64,000 bases of DNA from Eubacteriaceae bacterium. Its GTDB lineage: Bacteria; Bacillota; Clostridia; Peptostreptococcales; Anaerovoracaceae. The stretch is taken from the NCBI GenBank assembly GCA_034927505.1, contig JAYFPY010000004.1:13735-77734 (forward strand), read 5' to 3'. Position numbers and translations under genes: made by a program. Under the pieces are notes generated by a model. That model was not told the DNA's origin and did not search any database. It saw only the letters and a program-made list of their open reading frames with translations. Below, one piece after another: positions 38,461 to 47,732 of the stretch. Numbering within the stretch: position 1 is the stretch's first letter; every line of letters begins with the position of its first letter.

Positions 38461-39255
38461 TCAGACCTGATATACCGGGCTGACTTTATCACGGACAACT
38501 ACATCCATTTTAAGTCTGCCGCCCGTATGTATCCCGGCTTCCTCCAGTATGTTTTTTATGGTGATCTCGGCCATTTCAGGAGTGTTGTTTTCCCGGCTGA
38601 GATGAGATAAAAGGATCTGTCTTTCCTTGTCGTTTTCTTCCACAAGACGGCAGATGCATTCTCCTGCAGCTTCGTTGGACAGATGACCTTCATCACTGAG
38701 TATCCTTCGTTTGACCTGATACGGGTATCTGCACATCCGCAGTACATCCACATCGTGATTGGCCTCCAGAGCAAGGAGATCGGCGTCTTTTATCTCTTCG
38801 AATATGTCTTCACTGACATATCCTGTGTCGGTCACTATGCTGATCTGCCTTCCGTTGCTTCTGAACGAATACCCGACTGAATCGGCTGCGTCGTGACTGG
38901 TGCTGAATGAATGCACTTCAATATCGCCGACAACAAAACTGTCGCCGCTGATGAATGTTACCTGCCGCTCTTCGGGAACAAGCTCCGCTATATATTGCCA
39001 GGTACTTATGTTTGAATAGGTTATTGCCTCGCAGCTTTTCTTCGCTACTATACGCAGGCTCTTTACATGATCTGAATGTTCATGTGTGATGAGGATACCG
39101 TTTACATCCTCCGGCTCCAGCCCTACACTGTCCAGTCCCGCAAATATTTTTTTCCCGCTGATCCCGCAGTCTACCAGCAGTACAGTCTCATCGGTCCTGA
39201 TCATATATGAATTGCCGCTGCTGCCGCTGGAAAAAGAACAAAATTCCAAATACAT
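38461..39255 (-). CDS. MBL-fold metallo-hydrolase (YycJ/WalJ-like)
   Basis: GSSGNSYMIRTDETVLLVDCG and ITHEHSDHV (HxHxDH) motifs. 264 aa. Confidence 0.85.
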   Translation of the reverse strand: MYLEFCSFSSGSSGNSYMIRTDETVLLVDCGISGKKIFAGLDSVGLEPEDVNGILITHEHSDHVKSLRIVAKKSCEAITYSNISTWQYIAELVPEERQVTFISGDSFVVGDIEVHSFSTSHDAADSVGYSFRSNGRQISIVTDTGYVSEDIFEEIKDADLLALEANHDVDVLRMCRYPYQVKRRILSDEGHLSNEAAGECICRLVEENDKERQILLSHLSRENNTPEMAEITIKNILEEAGIHTGGRLKMDVVVRDKVSPVYQV

Positions 39256-39393
39256 TTACCTTCTTTCTCTGATTCCTTTCGTATCTCTGAATCACATATT
39301 AAATTGTACCACAAATAGCTGCAGGTTGAACCAAAAATCTCCTCTTGCCACAAAAGCCTCTTTGCCCCATAATATACAGGATGGAGGAATGAT

Positions 39394-39939
39394 ATGGCTG
39401 TATTGAAAATATATACTGACGGAGCCTGCTCCGGCAATCAGAATGAAGAGAATGTCGGCGGCTGGGGTGCCGTCCTGGAATACGGAGAGCACCAAAAGGA
39501 ACTTTGCGGCGGGCAGATAAACACTACCAACAATCGTATGGAAATGACTGCGCTGCTGTCTGCTTTTCAGGCTGTAAAAAAGGAAGGACAGACCATAGAG
39601 ATCTATTCCGACAGTTCATACCTGATGGATTGTTTTCGACAGAAATGGTATGTCAACTGGCTGAGGAACGGCTGGAAGACCGCATCGAAAAAGCCGGTGG
39701 AAAACCGGGATCTGTGGGAACAGCTGCTGCCTTATCTCGAGCGGCACAGCATTACTTTTTTCCGTGTCAAAGGACATGTATCGCTGGATCACCCTTCCAC
39801 AAACAAAGAGAAACTGTATAATAAATTTGTTGAATGGAACGGAGCCCGTTTCACTTTTGAAGAATTTGCCTATATTACCGATATGAACAACCGAGCGGAC
39901 AGGCTTGCCAACGACGGTATGGATAAATACCGGGACTGA
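39394..39939 (+). CDS. rnhA: ribonuclease HI
   Basis: IYTDGACSGNQ...TNNRMEMTALL...IYSDSSYL...NRADRLAN carries the DEDD catalytic motifs of type 1 RNase H. Confidence 0.85.
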   Translation: MAVLKIYTDGACSGNQNEENVGGWGAVLEYGEHQKELCGGQINTTNNRMEMTALLSAFQAVKKEGQTIEIYSDSSYLMDCFRQKWYVNWLRNGWKTASKKPVENRDLWEQLLPYLERHSITFFRVKGHVSLDHPSTNKEKLYNKFVEWNGARFTFEEFAYITDMNNRADRLANDGMDKYRD

Positions 39940-40701
39940 CTACAGATATTTTGCGCCGTCCCTTTCGAACATATATCGGCCAAGATCCTGCTCTTTTTTC
40001 TTGCCTCCGTAGAGTATCGCTGTTACCGGACATACATTTATGCAGGCCATGCACTGTGAGCATTTTGCATATTTCCATTCCGGTCTGTCTCCGTCCATTC
40101 TGATGATATCCATATGACATACATCTGCACACATACCGCATCCGGTGCAGTCATCTGTTACAGAAAACACACCTGTTCCTCTTGCGAATTTATTGAATCC
40201 GCCGAACCCGAACGAAGATTTGAGAAATGTTCCGGATCCTCTGCAGACATCCGTGACCGTTCTTTTTTCTTTTACGGCACTGCAGATCTCCGGGATCTTT
40301 TCCCGGGCTTCCGTTATTTTTTTTCGTATGGTCTCTTCATCGTCCAGCGGTGACGGAACGTAATTCGCAGGCATTGCCACAGACCACGCGCCTTTTACAG
40401 GAAAAAATTTCGAAAGTATTTTGATGGTATTTCCCGCTTCAGAACTGCAGGTGCATACAGCGAAGGTATATTTCCCGTCTGCCTTCAACCTGCCTGCAAA
40501 ATCCGAAACGATCTCAGGCGGCCCCCAGGCGTACACCGGAAACACCAGTCCGATCCTTTCGCCTGAAGATATGCTGCAATCATCACCGCACTCACCTTCC
40601 GGATCGCATTTGGTCATGTCAACAGCCTTGTCGTCGAGCCCCTTTGCGATCTCCTCTGCTATCCATTTTGAATTCCCTGTACCTGAAAAATAGTATATCA
40701 T
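39940..40701 (-). CDS. flavodoxin-like + 4Fe-4S ferredoxin fusion (EFR1-family-like)
   Basis: Start at MIYYFSGTGNSKWIAEEIA (ATGA overlap with the upstream stop). C-terminal CTGCGMCADVCH and CSQCMACINVCP. The track ORF is over-extended by 50 codons. Confidence 0.75.
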   Translation of the reverse strand: MIYYFSGTGNSKWIAEEIAKGLDDKAVDMTKCDPEGECGDDCSISSGERIGLVFPVYAWGPPEIVSDFAGRLKADGKYTFAVCTCSSEAGNTIKILSKFFPVKGAWSVAMPANYVPSPLDDEETIRKKITEAREKIPEICSAVKEKRTVTDVCRGSGTFLKSSFGFGGFNKFARGTGVFSVTDDCTGCGMCADVCHMDIIRMDGDRPEWKYAKCSQCMACINVCPVTAILYGGKKKEQDLGRYMFERDGAKYL

Positions 40702-41420
40702 TTTCTCTTCAGCTCCTTCAGTCTTTCTTTCTCTTCCTTTGGGACTCTGTAAGATTCCCTTATTTTTTGTATGGCCTTGTTCTGCGTCACATCGTCCAGC
40801 CTGCCGCTTTGCAGCAGCTCCTCGGTTTCTTCCGGAAATTTCACGAAACACACAGATATTAGCCAGGCGGCCGCCATCATCACATAATATTTTTCTGTAT
40901 CCACTGCAGCCGCATCATTCAATATACTTTTTATATATTCCGGATCCCTGTCCGGCGCGCTGCCGTTGACAAAATGATCCATGATCATTACCAGCCCAAA
41001 CCTTTTTTTAAATTCGCCGTCTGCTTTCAGCAGGCTGCGGAGAAATCTCATCCCCCGCTCCGGCTCTTTCCTTACGATCTTCATTGTTGATGCACAACTG
41101 TCGCATGTAGCCCAGTCGTGAATATAGGGAATAAACTGCGACACCGCCTCTTCCCATTCGTCATAATCATGCGTTGCATATCCTATGGCCATGCCGTGTA
41201 TCATACGTTCCTCATACATGCAGTCCCGGGGAAGCTGATCGATATACTCTTTAAAATTTTCTTTCGCCAGCTTTTTCGCAACAGTACGGACCTTCGGTAT
41301 CCGGATGCCGATAACTTTGTCAGTGTCGACCCCGGGTATCAGCCGGCAGTTGAATTCTTTGTAAGCTTCGTCTTTCGCCGCCATCAGTTCCTGCAAAATT
41401 TCTTCACGCACAGAACTCAT
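40698..41420 (-). CDS. DNA alkylation repair protein (AlkD-like HEAT repeats)
   Basis: FNCRLIPGVDTDKVIGIRIPKVRTVAKKL...IHDWATCDSC pattern of the DNA_alkylation family. Confidence 0.75.
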   Translation of the reverse strand: MSSVREEILQELMAAKDEAYKEFNCRLIPGVDTDKVIGIRIPKVRTVAKKLAKENFKEYIDQLPRDCMYEERMIHGMAIGYATHDYDEWEEAVSQFIPYIHDWATCDSCASTMKIVRKEPERGMRFLRSLLKADGEFKKRFGLVMIMDHFVNGSAPDRDPEYIKSILNDAAAVDTEKYYVMMAAAWLISVCFVKFPEETEELLQSGRLDDVTQNKAIQKIRESYRVPKEEKERLKELKRK

Positions 41421-42112
41421 TACCATGACTCCCTTCCGTCGCCGGTTATGGGAATGGAATCTCCAAGATAAGTCGGCTCCGGTTTATATATGCATTTGAC
41501 AAAATCTTTGTCCCGGGCGACGACCTCCCTCAGGTCTCTCATCGTCTGCCCGCCGTATCTTTTCTGATCTGCAGCAACTCCGCTGACTGTCATACCTAGT
41601 TTTTTACCGATGTACAGTGCTCTGTATTCATGATATCCCTGAGTCACTACCACCGCATTTTTTACATCGAATATGGCTCCTGCACGATACATAGTTTCGT
41701 AAGTCGAAAACCCGGCGTGGTCGAGAAAAATATCTTTTCCCTTCACCCCGTGGTCGATCATGTATTCCTTCATGCATTTTACTTCATTGTATTCGATCTG
41801 CCCGTTGTCTCCTGACAGGAGCAGCTTTTTGCTGACGCCCTGTTTGTACAGATACAGTCCCACATCCAGGCGGTCCTTCAGCATCAGCGTCGGAGATCCG
41901 TCAGCCCTGACTCCGGCTCCCAAAATCAGTATACAATCCGCATTTTGATCCTTCAGCACAGCGAGCTCACTGCCATCCAGAGACACGTCTTCGCTGTCTA
42001 CCGCTGCAGCAATGTCGCCCCCCGCAGAACCCACTACAATAAAGTTGATCCCCAAAACTATGACCGCTGCAGCTATTACGAATATCATGACCCCTTTTAA
42101 GATCTTTCTCAT
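41420..42112 (-). CDS. SanA/YdcF (DUF218) family protein
   Basis: N-terminal TM helix, then ADCILILGAGVRADGSPTLMLKDRLD...LLLSGDNGQIEYNEV...FLDHAGFSTYET. Confidence 0.8.
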   Translation of the reverse strand: MRKILKGVMIFVIAAAVIVLGINFIVVGSAGGDIAAAVDSEDVSLDGSELAVLKDQNADCILILGAGVRADGSPTLMLKDRLDVGLYLYKQGVSKKLLLSGDNGQIEYNEVKCMKEYMIDHGVKGKDIFLDHAGFSTYETMYRAGAIFDVKNAVVVTQGYHEYRALYIGKKLGMTVSGVAADQKRYGGQTMRDLREVVARDKDFVKCIYKPEPTYLGDSIPITGDGRESW

Positions 42113-43320
42113 TTCACGCCTTTCATTCTGCTGACCACGAATCCTACTACGATAGCAGCAACCGCCAGAACAGCCACCATTATAAATGTAGTCCCGTATT
42201 CACCGCCTGCTTTTTCGATCAGAGCACTTGAAATCATCGGTCCGATTATCGCTGCCGGTATGAGAAGGAAATTGCACAGACTGAAATTGACCGGATAATT
42301 TTTCGGGCCGAATGTCTTATGTATATATGCCGACGTTACAGCCGGTGCGCTGCCATAACTCATTCCAATGAGCAGCATGCCTATTATGATCAGCGCTGCA
42401 CTGTCTGCAGATGCTCCGGCAATCAAAAGTATTCCACCGATGAGTATGCACAGTGCCGGCAGCAGTACTGCCGGTCCTTTTCCCCATTTGTCGAAAGTCG
42501 CTCCGAACACTACACGTCCGCAGCCGTTGAACACTGAAACCAGCAGTCCAAGAACGGCCGCTGCGCCAAAGGCAACTGCGATGGTCGCCGCACTGTTGAT
42601 GACCAGAAGGCCTGCCGAGCAGACCAGTATCCCCCATACGAATATCAGCCAGAAAGCCGGTGTCTTCAGCATTTTGCCCGGCGTGATATCCACCGCTGCA
42701 TCTCCTCCGGCTGCAGTTTCCTTTTTAGCACCGATACTGTCCGGCACACGAAGGAACAGTCCTCCGATCACCAGGACTATCGGAACCACTATGGCCAATA
42801 TCAGAAATGCTCTGAACAGGCCGCCTGCCGATACCATGGCGTTTACTGCTGTTCCCAGAATTATCCCGCCGAAACCGAATCCCATCATCTGGATGCCGCT
42901 GGCAAGTCCTGCTTTGTCCGGAAACCATTTGTTCACCGCGCCCAGTATGTTGACGTATCCGATGCCGACTCCTCCTCCGCAGAAGAATCCATACAGCACA
43001 TAGAGAAGGTACAGGCTGGTCGTCGGACTGCCTGTATCCAGTCTGGATACTCCGAAAAATCCGATGAAGAGCATTATTGCCGAAATCATCACTATGATCC
43101 CCGGCTTCATCTTCATAGCCATCTTGCCGCCGGCGAATCCGCCCACGCAGAAGAAAACCATCGATATGGTGAATGTCATCGATATCTGAGATACCGACCA
43201 TGACGGGAAAGCCGCTGACAGCGGCGCTCTGAATATGGACCAGGCGTACAGCAGGCCCAAAAATATCAGCATTATCGTCCCTATGAACAGATATCCCCAT
43301 CTTCTTTTATTCGTTTCCAT
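42109..43320 (-). CDS. MFS transporter (oxalate/formate antiporter-like family)
   Basis: 403 aa, 12 predicted TM helices. N-terminus RWGYLFIGTIMLIFLGLLYAWSIF is typical of OFA-type MFS proteins. Confidence 0.8.
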   Translation of the reverse strand: METNKRRWGYLFIGTIMLIFLGLLYAWSIFRAPLSAAFPSWSVSQISMTFTISMVFFCVGGFAGGKMAMKMKPGIIVMISAIMLFIGFFGVSRLDTGSPTTSLYLLYVLYGFFCGGGVGIGYVNILGAVNKWFPDKAGLASGIQMMGFGFGGIILGTAVNAMVSAGGLFRAFLILAIVVPIVLVIGGLFLRVPDSIGAKKETAAGGDAAVDITPGKMLKTPAFWLIFVWGILVCSAGLLVINSAATIAVAFGAAAVLGLLVSVFNGCGRVVFGATFDKWGKGPAVLLPALCILIGGILLIAGASADSAALIIIGMLLIGMSYGSAPAVTSAYIHKTFGPKNYPVNFSLCNFLLIPAAIIGPMISSALIEKAGGEYGTTFIMVAVLAVAAIVVGFVVSRMKGVK

Positions 43321-44503
43321 TGATTTCCTCCATTAACGCCTTGAATCCCGGCAGTGAATTTATGATCGTATCGTATGATACGCAGTAAGCTATCCTCACA
43401 TATCCCGGACATGCAAAGGAGCTTCCCGGCACTACAAGTATGTTATGATTTTTCGCCATGCGGCAGAATTCTTTGTCATCTTCTATGGGAGATTTTACAA
43501 ACAAATAGAAAGCGCCTTCCGGCTTTATGCACTCATATCCCGCTTTCATCAGACCTCCATAGAGAGCCTGCCTGTTTTTATCATAAGCTGCTATGTCAGT
43601 TGTGCATTTTATACATCTTGCGGCAACCCGCTGCATCAGTGTAGGAGCATTGACAAATCCCAGGACACGGTTCGCAATGTTTGCAGCCGTGAAAAGATCA
43701 TCAAAATCATCTGCTTCTGAAGGGATGACCAGATATCCGATCCTCTCTCCCGGAAGAGAAAGGGATTTGCTCCACGAATATCCCACTATGGTGTTTTTAT
43801 AAAAGCTGGTGACATACGGAACCTTGACTCCGTCATATACCAGTTCTCTGTACGGCTCATCGGATATTATGAAGATATCATGTCCGAATTCTTTTTCCTT
43901 TTTTGAGAGGATGGCCGCCAGTTTTTTCAGGGTCATTTCCGAATACACTACGCCTGTAGGATTGTTGGGAGAATTGATTATGACCGCATGAGTCTTCTCC
44001 GAGATCATCTCTTCCAGCTTTTTCAGATTCGGCATGAAGGTTTCAGTATCCGCCGGAACAGCCTTCAAAACGGCCCCGTGGTTTGCCGCATAGTTTCCGT
44101 ACTCGACAAAGTACGGTGCGAAAGCCAGCACTTCATCCCCCGGATCCAGCAGTGTTTTCATGGCTACATTGAGCCCCCCTGCCGCGCCTACTGTCATTAT
44201 TATGTTCTTTGATGTGAACCATGTTCCGTGAAGCCGGTTGAGATGTCTTGCCACAACCTCTCTTACATCGTCATATCCACTGTTGCTCTGATTGTATCCG
44301 TGGATAAAAGTGGAAGCTTCCTCGGCCAGGATGTCTTTTATGGCCTGTTCCACTTCTTTCGGCGCAGGCACACTGGGATTTCCCAGACTGAAGTCGTATA
44401 CATTCTCAGCGCCGACTTCCTTAGCCATGCGGGCTCCTTCTTCAAACATTGCCCTTATAGCTGAATTCCCCTGTATATAGGGCTTCATACTCTTTGCTGT
44501 CAT
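43307..44503 (-). CDS. PLP-dependent class I/II aminotransferase
   Basis: 398 aa. NPSVPAP, INSPNNPTG, and YSWSKSLSLPGERIGY (the PLP lysine motif). Confidence 0.9.
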   Translation of the reverse strand: MTAKSMKPYIQGNSAIRAMFEEGARMAKEVGAENVYDFSLGNPSVPAPKEVEQAIKDILAEEASTFIHGYNQSNSGYDDVREVVARHLNRLHGTWFTSKNIIMTVGAAGGLNVAMKTLLDPGDEVLAFAPYFVEYGNYAANHGAVLKAVPADTETFMPNLKKLEEMISEKTHAVIINSPNNPTGVVYSEMTLKKLAAILSKKEKEFGHDIFIISDEPYRELVYDGVKVPYVTSFYKNTIVGYSWSKSLSLPGERIGYLVIPSEADDFDDLFTAANIANRVLGFVNAPTLMQRVAARCIKCTTDIAAYDKNRQALYGGLMKAGYECIKPEGAFYLFVKSPIEDDKEFCRMAKNHNILVVPGSSFACPGYVRIAYCVSYDTIINSLPGFKALMEEINGNE

Positions 44504-44515
44504 TTCCTTTTCCTC

Positions 44516-45088
44516 CTACAGTGCGAACCCGGCTTCGAATGCCTTTATGTTCAGCTCTGCAAATCCTTTTTTCACATTATTTTCTATTGCCTTGTGCCAG
44601 TCTACTCCTTCAACATTCATCGCTTTGACAAGAGCGCCAAGAAGTACAACATTCATGGCTTTTGGATTTCCCAGCTTTGCTGCGATCTCTCCCGCCTTTA
44701 TGGACAGTACTTCGGCTTTGGTTTTCAGTTCTTCCAGTATCCCCTCGGGATAATCGACTTTTCCCATGAGGATCGGTGCAGACGGTATTTCAAAATCGTT
44801 GACCACCATCCTGCCGTTGGGTTTGAGATATTCCAGCCATCTCAATGCTTCCATCTTTTCGAAAGCAACAATGACATCGGCTTCTCCCTTTCCGACAATC
44901 GGCGAATAAACTTTTTCTCCGTAACGCACTTGTGTAGATACGCTGCCGCCCCGCTGGCTCATCCCGTGTATCTCGCTCATTTTGACTTCGTATCCGGCTT
45001 CTATCAGGCCGCCTGTGAGGATCTTGCTGGCCAGGATGGTTCCCTGTCCGCCGACGCCCACCAGTAATATATTTTTTACTTCGCTCAT
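44516..45088 (-). CDS. iorB: indolepyruvate:ferredoxin oxidoreductase subunit beta
   Basis: Start at MSEVKNILLVGVGGQGTILASKIL (ATGA overlap with the iorA stop). Pyruvate/2-oxoacid oxidoreductase gamma-type domain. Confidence 0.85.
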   Translation of the reverse strand: MSEVKNILLVGVGGQGTILASKILTGGLIEAGYEVKMSEIHGMSQRGGSVSTQVRYGEKVYSPIVGKGEADVIVAFEKMEALRWLEYLKPNGRMVVNDFEIPSAPILMGKVDYPEGILEELKTKAEVLSIKAGEIAAKLGNPKAMNVVLLGALVKAMNVEGVDWHKAIENNVKKGFAELNIKAFEAGFAL

Positions 45089-46860
45089 TTTCTTACCTCC
45101 CCGATGGCATCGAACGGACATATCTGTGTGCAGACATTACAGCCTGTACAGGATGTCTTGTCGATGTGAACAGATCCCTTCGTGCTGTATATGGCAGGAC
45201 ATCCGCAGTCAACGCACAGTTTGCAGTTCCGGCATTTTTCCTGATCAACTTCGCATTTTTTCGGCGAAAGATCGAAATCGTCTTTGTCCTGCTGTGAAAA
45301 CTTTTTCAGGATGCACGGCCATTTTGTAATGATGACTGTAGGCTCGTCTTTTCCCAGAGCTTCGTCCAGCGCCTTGTCCACTTCATCCAGTTTGTTCGGA
45401 TCCACGATATATACGTTTTCCTTTTTCATACCGATCGCAAGACACAATGCAGGAATATCTACTTCCGGCGCCGGCTCGCCCATGAGAGTATATCCGGTTC
45501 CCGGGTTCTGCTGATGTCCGGTCATGCCGGTGATCCTGTTGTCCAGTATGACGGACACATTGGTTCCTCCATTGTATACCTCGTCGATCAGACTTGTGAT
45601 GCCGCTGTGGAAGAACGTCGAATCGCCTATTACCGATACAACTTTTGTATCCATGCCTGCCCGGTCAAGAGCTATGCTGGCTCCGTGCCCGGTACTGATG
45701 CTGCCGCCCATGCAAAAGCATGTATCTATGGCGTTGAGAGGAGGCGCCGATCCCAGTGTATAGCATCCGATGTCTCCGGTGATCATTACATTTTTTTTCT
45801 TGCTCAGCGTATAGAAAAATCCTCTGTGAGGGCATCCGGCACAAAGTGTAGGCGGCCGGACCACTGCTTCTTTTTCTGATTTCATAGTCTCTGCATTCTT
45901 TCCGAATACTGCAGATTTCACTATATCTGTATTCAGTTCATCGTATTTGGGGATCACATCTTTTCCGATGCATTCGATCCCCGCCATTTTCAAATGGTTT
46001 TCGATGTACGGATCCATTTCCTCGACTACGTATACCTTGTCCACTTTGGCAGCGAATTCCTTCAGCAGAGCTGTCGGCATAGGGAATGTCATTCCCAGCT
46101 TCAGATAGGAAGCATCTTCTCCGAAGGCCTCCCTTGCGTACTGATAAGCGATGCCGCTGGTGATTACGCCGACTTTCGTCCCGTTGTATTCCGGCCTGTT
46201 TATTTCAGCGGTGCATGCATACTGTTCCATGGCTGTCAGTCTGTTTTCCAGTTCAGCACGCATTACTTTACCGTTAGCCGGAGTGGCTACGAATTTCTTG
46301 ATATTCTTTTTATATGGCACAGCTGCTTTCTCGGTACGCTCGCCCAGTTCCACCAGGCTCTTTGAGTGACAGACCCTGGTGGTCATCCTCATGAGAACCG
46401 GCGTATCGAATTTCTCCGACAGTTCCAGCCCCAGCTTCATGAAATCCTTGGACTCCTGGCTGTCAGCCGGCTCCAGCATGAGCAGCCTGGCCGCTGTTGC
46501 ATAGTTTCTGTTGTCCTGTTCGTTCTGAGAACTGTGCATCCCCGGGTCGTCCGCCGAAACCAGCACCAGACCTCCCGTAACTCCCGTGTAAGCAAAAGTG
46601 AACAGCGGGTCCGCCGCTACATTCACTCCCACGTGCTTCATCGTGGCAACAGATCTGACTCCCGCCACCGACGCTCCGATAGCTGCTTCCAGGGCCACCT
46701 TTTCATTGGGCGCCCACTCGCAGTAGAGATCGCCCTTGTACTGCACCATATTTTCCAGGATCTCCGTACTCGGAGTCCCCGGATAAGCGCTGGCAAATGC
46801 CATTCCGCCTTCCCAGGCGCCTCGCGCTGCCGCTTCATTTCCCGACATTATTGTCTTCAT
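45085..46860 (-). CDS. iorA: indolepyruvate:ferredoxin oxidoreductase subunit alpha
   Basis: Start at MKTIMSGNEAAARGAWEGG (GGAGG SD). TPP-binding GDSTFFHSG and a C-terminal CRNCKLCVDCGCP...CTGCNVCTQICP double 4Fe-4S motif. Confidence 0.9.
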   Translation of the reverse strand: MKTIMSGNEAAARGAWEGGMAFASAYPGTPSTEILENMVQYKGDLYCEWAPNEKVALEAAIGASVAGVRSVATMKHVGVNVAADPLFTFAYTGVTGGLVLVSADDPGMHSSQNEQDNRNYATAARLLMLEPADSQESKDFMKLGLELSEKFDTPVLMRMTTRVCHSKSLVELGERTEKAAVPYKKNIKKFVATPANGKVMRAELENRLTAMEQYACTAEINRPEYNGTKVGVITSGIAYQYAREAFGEDASYLKLGMTFPMPTALLKEFAAKVDKVYVVEEMDPYIENHLKMAGIECIGKDVIPKYDELNTDIVKSAVFGKNAETMKSEKEAVVRPPTLCAGCPHRGFFYTLSKKKNVMITGDIGCYTLGSAPPLNAIDTCFCMGGSISTGHGASIALDRAGMDTKVVSVIGDSTFFHSGITSLIDEVYNGGTNVSVILDNRITGMTGHQQNPGTGYTLMGEPAPEVDIPALCLAIGMKKENVYIVDPNKLDEVDKALDEALGKDEPTVIITKWPCILKKFSQQDKDDFDLSPKKCEVDQEKCRNCKLCVDCGCPAIYSTKGSVHIDKTSCTGCNVCTQICPFDAIGEVRK

Positions 46861-46936
46861 TCTTGTTATCCTCCTGTAAACCGGTCTTACAGCCTCTTTT
46901 TTCAGCCTTTGCCGGTGATTTTTTACATACATCGCG

Positions 46937-46964
46937 ATTATATCATAAACGGCCGGTTTTCTAA
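46937..46964 (-). promoter_or_regulatory. candidate promoter of the iorAB-aminotransferase-MFS operon
   Basis: Minus strand reads TTAGAA-16 nt-TATAAT, about 75 nt upstream of the iorA ATG. Confidence 0.4.
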
Positions 46965-47010
46965 AGGTGTGAGTTGTATCCGTTTATCATATCGTCAAAC
47001 GACGTCACTT

Positions 47011-47367
47011 CTACTTTGGGATCGTTCTGAGCAATTTTTTTGACTTCGTCAGTAAAGCCTGTTTTTGCAAAAAAATGTAGATATTTATTCTTTTGATCAA
47101 ACATCTCTGCCTGCTCCTGCAGATCTTTTCAAATACGGCTCCCATAAAATCGTTTAGCTGTGGCCTGACATTTTTCTTATAGACTGTTTCACCGAGACCT
47201 CTTGAAATGCTGCTCACATTAGGCAGTACAAAACGGTACCAGAATACAAATATTGAATCCTCCAGTGAATAGATCGTCTTTCGGCTTTTTTCCGATTCCA
47301 TGCTTGGCACTTCTTTTTTTATCACGCCCAGCGACATAAGAGTTTTGATTTGATTTGTACAGGCCAT
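47011..47367 (-). pseudogene. C-terminal remnant of a DUF234-type ATPase gene
   Basis: SLGVIKKEVP...KTIYSLEDSIFVFWYRFVLPN...FMGAVFEKICR resembles only the winged-helix/DUF234 tail of archaeal-type ATPases. The P-loop part is missing and the frame decays after FEKICR. Confidence 0.45.
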
Positions 47368-47573
47368 TCCTGTTTACGGCTATCGCTTTCTCTGACTATC
47401 TCATCCAGGAACTCGAGCACATCTTTGACGATGTTGACACCTACGGTATCAAGTGCCTTTTTTGTCTCAATGATAAATTGAGATATGTCTTGCTTTTCTT
47501 CAATAATTCTTTTTAAATTATTATTGGTTTCGGTAGTGATAATTTCTGTAATAAACGGTATAATGTTATTCAT
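47322..47573 (-). mobile_element. N-terminal fragment of an ISLre2/UPF0236-like transposase
   Basis: MNNIIPFITEIITTETNNNLKRIIEEKQDISQFIIETKKALDTVGVNIVKDVLEFLDEIVRESDSRKQEW resembles ISLre2-family transposase N-termini as I recall them. About 70 codons remain, with the SD (AAGGAGTG) retained, fused to the DUF234 remnant. Confidence 0.4.
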
Positions 47574-47691
47574 AAGAGCACTCCTTTTTTAATATATTTA
47601 TATTAGTAACTAAATTCTATCATAAAAGTTGTTGCTCTTATTTTTTATTTTTCTTTTTCCCCACTGTAACTTTACACTAAGGTCTCCCCTA

Positions 47692-47719
47692 TAAAAAGAA
47701 CGCCGGTTTCCCGGCGTTC
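47692..47719 (-). terminator. rho-independent terminator after prmC
   Basis: Minus strand reads GAACGCCGG-GAAA-CCGGCGTTC (perfect 9-bp stem) followed by TTTTTAT. Lies 14 nt after the prmC stop. Confidence 0.75.
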
Positions 47720-47732
47720 GCATTTTCAAAGA

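Noticed and set aside
39940-40851. 303-aa version of the flavodoxin/ferredoxin ORF, plus ORFs 39875..40141 and 40114..40353
   Set aside because: The first 50 codons overlap the end of the AlkD-like gene and are Arg/Gly/Lys-rich noise. The flavodoxin fold begins at MIYYFSGTGNSKW, with an ATGA overlap to the upstream stop.
42725-43300. 191-aa Arg/Asp/Gly-rich ORF inside the MFS gene, and the 211-aa plus-strand ORF 42368..43003
   Set aside because: These are alternative-frame or antisense translations of a GC-richer membrane-protein gene. They have no motifs and no SD.
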